Shown one piece after another: positions 13,500 through 27,221 of a DNA stretch of 64,000 nt. Every line of letters starts with the position of its first letter. Position 1 is the first letter of the stretch. Made by a program: the position numbers and the translations under genes. Location: NCBI GenBank assembly GCA_002633005.1, contig NMRA01000287.1, positions 80,847-144,846 on the forward strand, written 5' to 3'. This DNA comes from Phoronis australis. Its lineage: Eukaryota > Animalia > Phoronida. The notes beneath the pieces were generated by a model. It did not search any database and had not been told where the DNA came from. It saw nothing but the letters and a program-made list of their open reading frames with translations.

Positions 13500-14036
13500 A
13501 CTTGGTGGCTATTTCGAACAAGTAATAGGCTACGAGATAAATAAGTTGGTACTGATTATTGTGAAAACACTTATGGATCAGGCACAAACTTCTATAATTA
13601 TATAAAATATTCGTCAACAGGGAGCCACCCCAGTCTGTTAAACATAGGAGTTGATGGAGTGTCAAAAGGCACACCTAGAACAAGTCTGGCCGCCTTCTTG
13701 TGAGCCTTCAATAGAGAGGAAACCAATTTTGCATTGCATCCTGACCACACCGTACTACAATAAATGAAGAGAGGAAATACACAAGAGCTGAAATATTTCA
13801 AACGCGCTTCTTTGGGAAGAATGGTGATATACGCTGGAGAAGACCAAGACGTTGTCTAATTTTGGACACATTCCCACTAATAGGACTAGACCAGCTGCGG
13901 TTCTTGTAAACAGTGACACCAGTAACTTTTCACTGTCTACCTGTTTGAGTCGTATACCCGAAATAGCCAGGTTAAGTTCAAGGTCACTTCTGCTGTGACG
14001 TTGCTCTGTGGCAATACTCATACATTTTGTTATCAA
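13500..14036 (-). mobile_element. Decayed non-LTR retrotransposon (CR1/L2-group) ORF2 C-terminal fragment
   Basis: Frameshifted peptides TKCMSIA...LKQVDSEKLL and FIYCSTVWSGC...KAHKKAARLVLG...TPSTPMFNRLGWL match the post-RT region of these LINEs. Confidence 0.85.
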
Positions 14037-16547
14037 CGCACCAGGGAGATCCAGTCGTCAAACGTCCACACTCGTGGTTTAACCAATCTTACCACAGAAA
14101 TCAAGATGCCCATAACCCTGCTGTAACAATGAAATTGCGTTAGATTCTTCGACCCAAATAATCGAATCCCCAAAAAGCGTAAAGATTTATTAGTTCATTA
14201 GTTTGTGGTATTTTAGATGGGCAGTGTGAAAATAGAAAACCAGGCCAGTACAACAATTTGCTAAAGTTCGAACACTGTGCGACACTGAGGGAAATTAAAT
14301 AAAACTGAGCCTGAATGGAACAGGTCGCTCCCGACTCTGATGAGTCCGAAAGTAATGAACCTTCTTGTGGAAACCCCCCACAAACCAGCATTCAGAGCTC
14401 CTTTACCATTTTAGCTAAACTTCAGACGCATGTGTACTACATGTGTTCATTTGCGACCTTTTTTGATTTTTTTGAACTCAACTAACCTAACTGCAAGTTG
14501 TTTGAACTGCTGCAGTTGATGTTCTGAATCGTGAACCATCAGCAGCAACTTGCCCGTTTTTTTGAATCTTACTCAAGAGATCATCCAAAACAACGAATGT
14601 TGTAACTAGATCAGTTGCTAAATACTTTCGCTATCACTTTTGATTAGGAACACTAGTTTCCTCAAGTTGCTGCATCACGTGATAATTTGGTTCACAGATC
14701 ACAACAACTATGCTAACCCTTGCCTTGTCTGTGATACGCAAATCCGTTTCTAACTTCAGCAAGAGTGACTTCAAAGTGAACCATTGGTTAAGGTCTCACA
14801 TTTGCACGATATGACTGGAGAAATTTTGGTAAATAGAACTTCTGGGGAGTTTGGATGTACGTTCTGAACAAAAAAGCACTTTTGAAATGTACCGAATGAC
14901 CTTCAAGTGTACTGATTTGAAATAAAAGCACAGAAACGGAACGGATTGGGTTTGAAGCAGTTCTGGTCAAAGCCGATAAATTCAAGACGTCTATCCCGTA
15001 CAAAAATAAATCTCAAAATTGCGTTTTTGGCCGTAAAATAAATAATGTCCGGTGGAAGGGACATCATCGGTTGAGGTAGAGTTCTTGAAATTGTTAACTA
15101 TGGCCAGAGCTAAAAATAACAAAATCATTTGTTTTGTGAAATACGTACGCGTGTGCAGACAGAATGAAAAAAGACAACATTGAGATGGAAGGTTTCCCGA
15201 AGACCTTTGAGTTCGGATGACTGGGGTCTACTTAAAGCCAGCGTGCAAGATTTGGAGCTTATTTTTAGAATATTAGCGGTTCCAGAAAAGCAGTTAACAA
15301 TTGGCGTGTTGACGTCAAAGGGTTCCTAATAACCCAAAGAGACTGCGTTAGCCTTGACAATGATAATTCCTCGAGGATCTACGTCATGGTTCTCTGCAAC
15401 TAAAAAGAATTCAACCTGCTCATCGGTTTGTTTGTAAAGATTTTGAATTTCTGTTGATGTTAAACCATTTTTCTAGTAATTTCAAATATCAAAAAAACGA
15501 TCTGTCTCAGTACTCGTCACTTCGTCGATTTTTCTTCCATAAGGCGAAACACGTCTCTTATTTGGTATGGCAAGACATAGACGTAGCCCTTATATGGAAA
15601 ATGGGATCTGTGACGTTTGATGAAAAAAACAGTGGCGACTTCAAGGAGTAGCCAGTCCGATTAAGAGGCAATTGATGGAAGATCTAACTGATTAAAATTA
15701 GTTATAAAGGTATTGTAGTGTTCAAAATCGATCTAAAATGCACTTGCAATTACACGTATCATTGGAAAATTGTTTGTTTCACTGGCTTGCCTTATACTGT
15801 GCTATCGTCCTCGGAATACGATCACGCATGATAATTTGTCGTTACTATCCATTTGTCTCAAGTGGGAGTAAGATTAGAAACTGTTGCCTGGAGAGTTTTT
15901 GTTACGCGTGTATTTCAAAAATCGTGAATTTTGTGGTTTTCTGGAATTTGCCTTACAGGGGAAAGTGAATAACTCCGTAGTAGACGTTGTGAGATGGTAA
16001 TTTCGTCAGAAATTATTTGAAATATATTTGGACGAGCTTCTGCGTTCAATGCCTCTTTAAACAAAAGGTACAAAATGCTCGAGATACTTTGCGTTATTCT
16101 AGGGCTTCACTTCCGCTTGATATTTTACAGAAACGTAAAATTTCGACAATTTATGGCGGCTTATCTACATTTAATAGGGCACATTCCCTCTAATAGACAT
16201 TGCCCTCGTTGATACGGTTGTCTTCTGCGCTACAGCATAACTACATCATGGCTTGCGCCGCAATTTTTATTGATGTTTTGTAAATATACGGCTCATTATT
16301 AAGCATAATGGCCATTCGATGTTTACGTTTATCATATATGGCTCCTGGGACACTTTTGAATGTTTGTAACGTTGAACAAGGAGTGCAGTTCGACGAGATC
16401 AGGCATGCATTCCGTAGGCGCGAGAAGTTCCCCGAAAATGCAAGACCACGCAAGACTTGATAGATATCGCCACTCACTGTAAGCTATGCACGTGGCCACG
16501 TGACTACACTAAATTTACTGACAAAATTCTTGCGTCAGGATTGAACT

Positions 16548-16815
16548 TATCGTTGACCAAATGTATGAATGACTACGCCTTTAAATTACGTGCATAACTT
16601 AATTCTTATTAGAGTCGTATTTAGATGCATAAAGTAATTATTTGTGCGCACAGTAATTATTTGTGGCGTAAAGCGATTGCGCCACAAATAATTACTTTAC
16701 GCCTCACATAATTACTTTGCGGCATAGATAATTACTTTACGCCGCAAATGATTACTTTACGCCTCTTTGCGTACATAATTTAACGGCGTAACGTTCACCC
16801 ATTTGGCCAACGATA
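16548..16815. mobile_element. Foldback/MITE with internal aattacttt repeats
   Basis: Termini tatcgttgaccaaatg and catttggccaacgata. Confidence 0.75.
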
Positions 16816-17284
16816 TGAACAGCACAACTTCAGACCTTTGGACGCACTGCAGTCACCGTGGACACGCAGGTATACCATAACAGTTTATCTGTACCTCGCG
16901 TAACTTGTATTTCAAAAATTATACTAGTAAGAAGATATTTTATAAAGTTTGACACAAAGTAGTCAATATTGTGGCAGAATGGTCCCCCGTTGTAAATATT
17001 ACTCACTTACCTCGTCATTAGTAAACCCAGCTTGTAACCAGTGACCAATTGTTTTCCAACAGTCATCAATGGTATCAACCGAGATAACCTGTATTTTTGA
17101 GACTGAAGCGAATGCTAAAGGGACCATATCATCTCTCTCAGCTTTGATACCGTTTTATATCAATTAACAGTCCTATCTTATATAAAAAATTAATGGTAAC
17201 CAAGTTAACACATTTTACAAATTATAATATTTTACCATAACTTCTTGATGAAAGCATTGTAGTTCCAGTTGAGGTAATAAAATA

Positions 17285-17476
17285 CAGTCAAATACTGGAA
17301 GTTGCTTACTTGAGTTAGCGACGTTGCGTCCGTCTCTCACGGATTTCAGCTTGGCTAGTGGTGTTACTATAGTTCCGGCCAGTAGGTAACGTTTTAACCA
17401 GACGACGCGATATCGAGGTCAGGACACTATCTCATATGAAATCTTGATCCATTTTGTTATTCAGAGAGGGGCGCTC
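17285..17476 (-). mobile_element. Penelope-like 3' end (pLTR-like) fragment
   Basis: Reverse complement of 20289-20490; contains PSLN...DSVLTS..RRL. Confidence 0.7.
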
Positions 17477-17543
17477 GATGCGCCCCTTTGACCCCCCATC
17501 AACAGCAGTCAGGCGTCCACCACTGAGAACTGTGAATCCCCTT

Positions 17544-18140
17544 AATCGTGTTGTGATTCTCTACGTTCAGGGACTGTCTGACTTCAAGAGGACATTTAAA
17601 CAGTTTCATATTTCTATCATCCACGTTTAATTATCTGTGCGGCCAACAGGTTAATGTCAAGGACAAGGCTCCTAAGCGTAATAATACCTGTAATACCTAT
17701 CATGGACAGGATTATTGGGGATATGCAGGTGCATTAATCCCCTCCCCAGACCCTCCCCGTGACAGCGGAAGACGCAGTAACTGCAGCCGGGGCTGACGTT
17801 GCCTGTCAACATCTGATTTGACACCACTCGGGCACGTCAGTAATGAATCACTTGTAGTCTATGGTGTTCAGCACAAGGACCCCCAGTGTTCACACAGCTA
17901 TGTAATAGACAGTCCTTACTGAAAAATGCACATGTCACAACATTGGCGCCCTGAGGGCGGGGACACGTATGACTCGACTATTTGTAGTCACTCATGCGCC
18001 ACTGGACATGATTGTTGATACTGATGATGTCACTATCTTAGACTGTGAGAAAGATTGGTTCAGAAAGTGTGTCAAAGCTCTCCATGAGCACACCGAGTGC
18101 CCCTCTCGGAATAAACAAGGTGAATTGGGGTATAAAGTCT
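17544..18140 (+). mobile_element. Decayed Penelope-like element, GIY-YIG endonuclease region
   Basis: Peptides VVILYVQGLSDFKRTFKQF, VVYGVQ..PQCSHSYV, DSTICSHSCATGH and DDVTILDCEKDWFRKCVKAL..PSRNKQG, with frameshifts and an insertion. Confidence 0.8.
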
Positions 18141-20260
18141 TCACTTTAGCTGATTTTAAAAAATATAAAAATATTGAAACTTAAAAATTGCTGTCCTTTA
18201 TTGTGTGATGGTAGCGCCGTCTATTGATGGAGTCGTGAGTTAAGTCGAGTCGTCAGTTAATACGAAGTGGGCAAAAAGGTCCGCCCCCGAGAGACAAAAA
18301 GTCCGAGAAAATGGTACAAAAGTTCACTAAATAATCGCAAACGCACACTTCACAGTGGTGCTCCCGTTTTTTTTAGTCCGCCCGTTTTTTGTTAGCAAAA
18401 GGTCCACAACGTCAGGAATCCGAACCCCCCATATTGAAGGCTGGGTGCGCGCATGTTTTAAATAGGTGTAAGATGGCCAATTCGTTATTTGGTACTTCTG
18501 ACGACGAAATGTTTAGTCGTGTTTTTATTGGTTTTTACATTTAACTTGAGACCCCTATTTTAGCGTAATTCGGGAACATTCGCGGTGCGAACATGCCTAT
18601 AAAAATGGGCCCCACACGCTCAAACTTCGGTTTCTGCCGGATCTCGATTCTATCCACAGGGAATCCCAACCAACACAAACTAACTGTTTGGGCCTTTTTT
18701 AATTTGGACTTTAACGTTTTCGGCTGAGATGTCGACAGAAGTTAGTGATGAGTTCTAAATTTGTAGATTTGTATTTCATTTTTAGATCATAATAAACTCA
18801 GAATATTTTTCTTCTTTTCTTCTACTCTCTTGCTCCTCTCTCCAAAAGCTGTCACCATGGTTTTCTCGTATGCGATTCGAACGAGTGAAAAAGTACACAA
18901 TGCTGCAAATATTTTTATCGGCCACGAACAGTCGACATTTCATGTACTAAGTAGATCGGTGCTGGTAGCTCCACCGATTCCCGTTACAATTATATACCGT
19001 CACTGATACCCATTCTCCTGGATGTATCTCTTGGTTCTAAACCACATCAACCACTCACATCCGCTACGCCATCTTTGTTGAGGAGAGAAACAGAAAAGAG
19101 CTAAGCTCCAGCCAGAAGTCTGCTATATTTTCTCCGTTTTAATTGAGGCTTTCACTTACATTTTTTTGCAACAACAAAAAGTCTAATCTTCGACGTTCAC
19201 GTTTACAACCTACCCCACTTGTGTAGTCGTATCGTGTCGTCTAGCCTACTACTTCGCAGAGGTATATGTTCAACAGCAGTCTAGGCTCACAAACAGATAT
19301 CCAGCCCTGCGAGGAACACTTAACTGGTCATTTTGGGAATAATAATTGACTACAATAATTTGATAATGCAGTATTGTTGAAATGCCCTGAGATTCATTTA
19401 GATCGACGTAGACAACACCCTGGAACTGGCAAGTAACATGTCTTATATACGATAGTAAAGATACCGATCAAAAGTGATACATGAAACCGGCGTTTCATAC
19501 GACAATCATTTTATAAGTACAATCAGTCATAGCCTTGAGTTTTGAAATGCAGTTACAAAGAGAAACTTGAGAAATTTGAAAATGTATACTGAAGAATGAG
19601 CGCATAAATACCAATTTAGGTTTCACCTTATAACTTGTTCTAATCAGAACCAAAGCTCCGTGGACACTGAGGCGACAAGGCGATAAGTCTCGGCCTGTTG
19701 TCAGAGACAGAGACGCCGAGTGAAACGCTATTCCCCGTTCGCGACTCGCTGAAACTCAGTTTTTGTAGCACATTCGTTTATGACCTGGGCAGCACAGTTA
19801 CATAGATATATGAAACAGTTACTTGAGTAGGAGCTGATTATTAAAAGTACGGTCAGATTGGTCTGTATGAAACTGTGACTGGATCACCAATGATGAATTT
19901 TATCAAATAAAAATTACTTACCAGATTAGGTGACACAGTGGTGGGTAACGCTTGGCATGTAACTTGTTGATCTAAGAATATTTTATGAATGTCTATGTGG
20001 ACTGGAAGTGAGTTTGCTCACTTGTCCGATTGCGGGCTCAAAGATCAATTGATTCTGTAATCATGGTTTGTTTAGAGACTGGAAGAAATGTGCATTGTAC
20101 GCTGTCAGCAGGAAATGTTCCTATTTGTATATCATGAAAGTGTATAATTGTGACATTTATTATTCAAACGACCTCAAAATTTCGAGTAAAGTTATAAATC
20201 ACACAAATGTTTTAACTTTTGAAACAGTTGTAATTTTAATTACAACTGTTTAAAAAGTTT

Positions 20261-20490
20261 AAAGAAGCCCTCTACGAACGCATCAAGTCCCTCTCTGAAT
20301 AAAGAAAGTGGATCAAGATTCCATCTGTCAAACTTATGGGATAGTGTCCTGACCTCGATGCCTCGACGTTTGGTTAAAACGTTACCTATTGGCCAGAAAA
20401 ACAAGAACAACAATTGCTAAGCTGAAGTCCGTGAGAGACAGAGGCAACGTCGCTAACTCAAATAAGCAAATTCCTGAATTTGACTCAATT
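20261..20490 (+). mobile_element. Penelope-like 3' end fragment
   Basis: Reads KEALYERIK/PSLNKESGSRFHLSNLWDSVLTSMPRRL (one frameshift), the GIY-YIG C-terminus typical of these elements. Confidence 0.75.
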
Positions 20491-21413
20491 TTTCTGTATT
20501 TTGTAACTCAAGTGGATGTCTCAAAACTTTCCATAGCTGTTATAACACGTGTTATTGGCATCCATCCAACGTTTACCATCACTTCTTTGCATTAACATAT
20601 TTTAATATTATTATAATACTTTTAAAAATAAAATTCCTTGAATGTTTTAGCCTAAGAAGTTAAACACGTGACCTGTTTATAAATAAATGTTTATTTACAA
20701 ACACCTCGGAGAGAGTAGTTTACCCCTTGGAACAAAAGTTGGCCTACTTGAATGATCATGTTGCATATAGTAATTGCAAGAAATGAGAGTGTACTGCGTG
20801 ATCGTGTGTTTACATGTGCAATGCAAGGTGTCAAACAAAGCAACTGAACGAATCACTATACTTGAAAATAAACAGAGATCTTTCATGCAATTTCCCCAAG
20901 TTAAAGATTGAAATCCCATTTATTCTTATTGAAATAAAGGCTCATTTTTCATAGAAAAAATATGAGTAAAAGAGGATCTCATGATAAAGATAAAGTGAGA
21001 GGATAACATAACATTTGTGAGCAAACTAACGACCCCAGTGCGCAGAAGATTAGGAAACTTTGTCGAGTTCCTATATGGGACTGTTTCATGCAACAAACGC
21101 CTAAACCAAAACATGCACTCTGATGCCACTCCCAGAATTCCGCGTGTCGCATTTCACAAGGCCACCTTCTCATATAGATGACGCTGTGAGAGAGGATATG
21201 GGAGACGTTGAGGCACAGGGTTTCCAAATTTCTTTAAATATGAAGTTGCCCTGCTGAATGGAGTTATATGTGTGGAATACTCCTCGTGCCTGTACTTAAA
21301 AGGACTCTAAACCTTGTCTAATCTTCGTTCTGTCACTTGCTAATGCATCAGTGTGACGTCAATCGAGATAGCTAGAAGCAGGAATCAGCTGAAAAAAACT
21401 TATATTCCTCTGT

Positions 21414-21520
21414 CACAGTTGGTGGTCTTCCCCCACAGTTGGTGGCCTTCCCCCACAGTTGGTGGTCTTCCCCACACTTGGTGGTCTGCCCCGACAGTTT
21501 GTGGCCTTCCCCCTCAGTTG
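21414..21520. repeat. Minisatellite, ~20-bp unit (cacagttggtggtcttccc), about 5 copies
   Basis: Read directly. Confidence 0.85.
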
Positions 21521-21792
21521 CCGTGTAATTCGCTAAAAGCGTTGGTCACGCTTGCCCGTTAAAGACTTCGAAATGAGTTTTCAATTTTTTTCTCCAAAAG
21601 TTTGAGGATTGCCGAGAATTCTCGAGCATTATTTTATTTCAGGGTGTTAGATGGGAAAGTCGTTTTCAATGTCTGTTCATAGGCCAAAACGGGTTTGGTA
21701 TCCTTTTAAACTTGTCGGCCTTCTCCATTGTTGTTATTTCAGTTCTACCGGAACTAAATACACTTCTTCAGTATTCATATTAAGTTAACTGT

Positions 21793-22170
21793 CAGTGGCG
21801 GATCTAGGATATCACAAGGGGGGGGGGGCAACATTTTGTCCGGCTGGAAGCATTTGCGCAAACTGAACCACGATTGTAGATGAGCATAGCACCGAATGGG
21901 GGGAGGNNNNNNNNNNNNNNNNNNNNNNNNNNNNNNNNNNNNNNNNNNNNNNNNNNNNNNNNNNNNNNNNNNNNNNNNNNNNNNNNNNNNNNNNNNNNNN
22001 NNNNNNNNNNNNNNNNNNNNNNNNNNNNNNNNNNNNNNNNNNNNNNNNNNNNNNNNNNNNNNNNNNNNNNNNNNNNNNNNNNNNNNNNNNNNNNNNNNNN
22101 NNNNNNNNNNNNNNNNNNNNNNNNNGGGGGGGGGGGGCCGGGCCCCCTGGGCCCCCCCCTAAATCCGCCT
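21793..22170. mobile_element. GGCGGAT...ATCCGCC-type MITE spanning the 220-N gap (21907-22126)
   Basis: Termini gtggcggatcta and taaatccgcct; poly-G runs flank the gap. Confidence 0.55.
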
Positions 22171-24086
22171 ATGACTGTAAACCTTGTTTACCAACTTGTA
22201 CATATGTGCAAATACCTTAAATTCCGTTAGCTCTAACTCCTACAAAGCATATATTTTCTGAAAGGCGAATAAATTACAAAATTTATTATTATTATTATTG
22301 TTATTATTATTATTATTATTTGCTTGTCTTTGTTTTTGCACGATATATGGGACTTTGAGTAAAAAATTACTTTGAAAGTGGTGGCTGGTGCAGATTGCAA
22401 AGAACGCTGTCCATAAAGCACGACAAAGAGAGATGTTGAAAATGTTGAAATGGGGTAAGTTTCACTAATACAAGTTGTTCTAGGGTAGGCTGCGCATGCG
22501 CGGGGAGAGAACTACATGTAACGATGAGCTCCTTCAGATTACATCATTAATCAGTAAACAAAAAACTAAGCGCACACAATTTCAACTCGCTTAAATGACA
22601 CCCCGTGGACTTGAATGCAATTAAAAGGCAATTTTCTGTAAACGTCTGCCAAACACGTGCACATGTCAGCCAGATGGCTATGAGGACACAAGTATTTCCC
22701 TTCTCGGTTATTTACGCCTGCATGATTTAGGATCCTATCAAAGGCGTAATTAGGCCCATGTGCTGCTCCAATATCTGGAACTCGGTGCATGCGCCTTTAC
22801 TCGAGCAATTTCAAAAAAATCATAATTATTTGAAAATGATACTCCGGATACAAGAGATTTTCCAATGAGCTGGACTGCTATACGCAAAAGTTCAGACGTA
22901 AATCTAGTTACAGAATGTGATTTTTCTGAATTATAAGGTACATGGAAGAAATACTTTGACAAACCAAGTTACAAGATTTTTTCACACGGGCGTTTGCGGG
23001 CATCAACAGCGTGCTGTGTGCCTGTACACAGGACTCTCATCTGCACCTATAGGGAAACTAGGGCGCTTGCACTTATATGCAAAGCGTTTGAGCAATTTCT
23101 TGAGAAAGAAATGCATTTCTCTCGAATGTACGCGCATGGGCCTCAATACGTGCGTTGGGTGACATTAGTATGTTGAAGCCGAACTCCAAAAGGTTCACAT
23201 TACAAAGATGCAATGATCCTTCGCTTTCTGTCAGCCATAACTTTTGATTTACACAACCTCCGGTTGTTATTCTCGTTATTAGAATTGATTTCTAGACTTG
23301 AGAAGAGCTCGCCGATCGTTATAGCTTAAGTTCTGCCTCCGGAAGGAATACGAATTGCCGATTATTGATCGGAGGAAAGTGTCTCACATTAAACAACTAT
23401 AAAACAGTTATACGTCTGTCACATTGTTTGAAACATTGCTTGAAGCATCCCACTGAGATCATACTGAACTAAGGTGGCGCTTTGGCGCTGGCAGGGTTGT
23501 TAATATTCACGAACACTCAGTTGTGATCCCAGCGATAGAATTTAACCAGTTTTCTACGGATATTTATGACACAAATATGAAAACAAATCTTCAGACATTA
23601 TTCTTTCTCGGCGGTAATGTTTTACAGTACGACCATTGCAGCAGCTTATGGATATCAGACAATCATAGCTAAAGTAACGTTGATTTGTTTCATATATGCG
23701 CATTTCCGCACAGTTGTCCGTATTTTGTCAGTTGTCACAGACACTGAATCCCGGTGATATGGCACTTAACCTACCTGTCATGACATGTATGTTTGAGAAA
23801 ATTGGTTTGATTTTGTTTGATTTTGTCTGAAATTGACAGTGGGTTTGTTTAAAAGTTATCAATGCATTGAGATTTGTGCGTGGATGGAGAGAGAATGATT
23901 AAATCCAGTAATTAATTTATTGTATGATAACCACCGATTGAAATAAGTGAAAAATGTTGTTAGTTAAGTTGACTAACAATTGACTGTAAATAAACAAACG
24001 TCTAATCAGATATCCAAGCAGTTGTTGGATGACAGTCCTGTTGTTGAATGTTGGAACTACACACACTGTACTGCGACAGTGCACTT

Positions 24087-24270
24087 GCTGGTCATAGTGC
24101 TCTGTGACGTAACACATGCAGGCAATATCTTCTACACACGATTCCTCGTGCTGGTCACAGCCTCTCGTGACGCAACACTTGCAGAAAATATCTTCTACTC
24201 ATAATTCCTCTTGCTGGAGACTGTCCCTCGTGAAAAAACACTTGTAGGCAGTATCTTACTACTCACGATG
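24087..24270. repeat. Diverged 63-bp tandem repeat, 3 copies
   Basis: gctgg anchors at 24087, 24150 and 24213. Confidence 0.8.
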
Positions 24271-25060
24271 CAAGTGTCAAGCTCTTAGTTACGGTAACTT
24301 CCTGTTCGTCAACCCTTGCCCTTGCCAAGATCCACTTTAAAATCTTCCACGAGATGAATCTGTTGTACAATTTCCTCTGTACACTGTTGCAAGTATTTTC
24401 AAGACTTCTAACCAAATCATAACAATGTACTTACTTAACGATTGGCTATTAAAAACCACATGATATGATCTAATCATGTCATTTGCTGTTACCATTTGCT
24501 CTCAGAATTTCTGGAATCTTTTGAGTTTGATCCCAGAACCAAAGTAGTAAATGTCATCTAAAATAGATCTTGACGTCAAAAATACATGTCAACAAGTTTA
24601 AAAGTACAAATGCATAATTTTTGTGCAACTTAAATGGAACTATCTCTGCTAATTATTTATCAACGTTTATTCTAACAGCTTTTAACCTTGACAATATCTT
24701 TGCTCGTAAGGCAAAATAAGTAGCTGGCAAACGACCTTCCGTTTAAATTTGAAAAAATCGTACAACGGTTAAGGTCGCTACAGATCTGCATCGAGGAAAA
24801 TGTACGTCGTCGAAGTTGATTTTTGGCGTCTATAACGAAACATTATGAAAATAATTGCAAGCGGTCTAGTACACGTTATACCAGGCGTGCGCAGGCCGCG
24901 CATGGGTACATTGTACTGATCACCTGGAACTATTTTCGTGCTTTATTAATCTGTAGTTCAAAACCGAGCTGAGGAGCTAGAAACCTGACTCAAGGGTCTA
25001 GCAGTGTGGCCCAGTGGGACTCATTCATTTAAAGTCAGTGTTTAGTAGAGTACATGTATC

Positions 25061-26234
25061 CTCGCAATGTAACAAAGACGGATACGACTTCAATTTTTAC
25101 AAAAATACCTTACGTTTTGCGAGTTGATTTGCCATAGAAATCAATCGAAAAGCTAATCGAAAAAAACTGAAAACGTTCTTGAGCTAACTGGTAAAGTTTT
25201 AATTCAAAAAGGTTTCATTAAAATCGACGGAGGGGTTATTTTCTTTCTTAAACATGGAATTTTGATTTTATAAAGGTGTTAACGTAATAATAATAATGCC
25301 ACATAAGTATAAAACATATTTTTATGTTTCGTGATCTTTTCTTTCAGAAAATATATACTTTATACTAGTTGACAAAGCCTATTTTTATAAACCAGTTAGA
25401 ATGGAGGCCACTAAATGAAGTTTGAAATAACCTTAAACAACAATAAACTATACATATATTCCATGCTTGAGATTCTCACACACGTTGTGACCCAAAACAA
25501 AATTTTCAGACGAAACTGAGTGTTCCCTAGCAAATCCTACATCAACAGCGTGATAAACTTAGAACGACTTTCAACAAAGTGCCCAATAATCCAGGGTATA
25601 CAAACAACGGCCCTGGAATCTCTTCACTGTTTGCATTTATATTCACANCTCGCAATGTAACAAAGACGGGTACGACTTCAATTTTTACAAAAATACCTTA
25701 CGTTTTGAGAGTTGATTTGTCATAGAAATCAATCGAAGAGCTAATCGAAAAAACCTGAAAGCGTTTTTGAGGTAACTGGTAAAGTTTTAATTTAAAAAGC
25801 TTTCACTAAAATCGACGGAGGGGTTATTTTCTTTCTTAAACATGGAATTTTGATTTTAAAAGGTGTTAACGTAATAATAATAATGCCACATAAGTATAAA
25901 ACATATTTTTATGTTTCGTGATCTTTTCTTTCAGAAAATATATACTTTATACTAGTTGACAAAGCCTATTTTTATAAACCAGTTAGAATGGAGGCCACTA
26001 AATGAAGTTTGAAATAACCTTAAACAACAATAAACTATACATATATTCCATGCTTGAGATTCTCACACACGTTGTGACCCAAAACAAAATTTTCAGACGA
26101 AACTGAGTGTTCCCTAGCAAATCCTACATCAACAGCGTGATAAACTTAGAACGACTTTCAACAAAGTGCCCAATAATCCAGGGTATACAAACAACGGCCC
26201 TGGAATCTCTTCACTGTTTGCATTTATATTCACA
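25061..26234. repeat. Tandem near-duplicate (25061-25647 and 25649-26234) around a single N; probable assembly overlap
   Basis: Both copies run ctcgcaatgt...catttatattcaca, with SNPs in the first part only. Confidence 0.9.
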
Positions 26235-26329
26235 CCGGTACCTTCTTGACCCACGATCACAGAGAAAGAGTTAATCTGCATTTCACGCTTTTCAGCGGAC
26301 CAAAAACGAAAATCGAATAGCGGAAGTTT

Positions 26330-26800
26330 CATGTTGAGTGATGTGAGCATGAAAGCAGCTTCCGCTTGATCCCACATCGGATTTGGTGTTCGGAAATTCT
26401 GCAGTGGTTCATTAACCTAAAAACAGAAGAAAATTTCCACTGTCAGTCCCTATTGTTTATTGAAGACAATTAATTAATTTTTGCTCTTTGACATTGCTGG
26501 AATCGAAATTCTCCCGCTTTATCAGTCGCAGCCCTGATTTCGCAGAGCGCGGAATGGAGTTCGCAGTGGGAACCTTGTGGAACATGATGTCCTTCTGTGG
26601 ATGAACCTTGTGGAACATGATGTCCTTCTGTGGATGAACCTTGTGGAACATAATGTCTTCCTTTTAATTGTGGATTCTTGAACAGTTTTGCCTTTATTGC
26701 AAGCTGTTAGTATACTCCATCGCACAGCGGTTGAAACTTACCGGCTTTATGAACGCAGGAAAGGTATTAAAAAGCTCGTCATACTAAGTTGAAACTTTTC
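26330..26800. repeat. Dispersed repeat with a diverged copy at ~40685-41055; includes a ~33-bp tandem unit at 26570-26657
   Basis: Shared blocks aaattctcccgctttatcag and cgcacagc...caggaaaggtat...gttgaaac. Confidence 0.7.
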
Positions 26801-27156
26801 TTGACCGCCTTTGCGCCAAAGATCTGATCGCCGTCTTGCCGGATTGTGCATTTCGATATGGCGCTATTGTTTCGAAATTCAGCCATTAGAAAAAGAGGGA
26901 TAGAAAACAGGGGAAGGGAAAGGACTTTCATACAATCATTTGCACTCGCACTCGCTTGTATTGAATAACGAAGTATTATTCACTTATCCACGTCACCGTA
27001 ACTGAAATTGCTCAAGTGAAATTGTATTACAATAAGATGAAGAAGCGACAAAAGGTTCCATCAACTAGTATGCGCATGATGCATGTTATTTCATTTATAT
27101 AAAGATACGCCTGCAAAACCTTCCGCTATTCTACAACTTTGTCCGAGGCTTTATGT

Positions 27157-27221
27157 AGACTTACCAAGCAGACTTACCATGCAGACTTACCATGCAGACT
27201 TACCATGCAGACTTACCATGC
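27157..27221. repeat. 13-bp tandem repeat agacttaccatgc, 5 copies
   Basis: Read directly. Confidence 0.9.

Noticed and set aside
19794-19821. Fifth footprint-like insertion (acagtta-catagatatatgaa-acagtta)
   Set aside because: The right end lacks a clean TCTATG, so it may be chance.
21030-21290. Minus-strand frame of about 85 codons with one TGA (selenoprotein or pseudo-exon)
   Set aside because: No recognisable family, convincing donor or SECIS that I can identify.
21880-22230. ORFs spanning the N gap
   Set aside because: Artefacts of unknown bases.
24087-24270. 63-bp repeat as a coding repeat
   Set aside because: The frames I translated contain stops within or just after the units, and there is no splice support.
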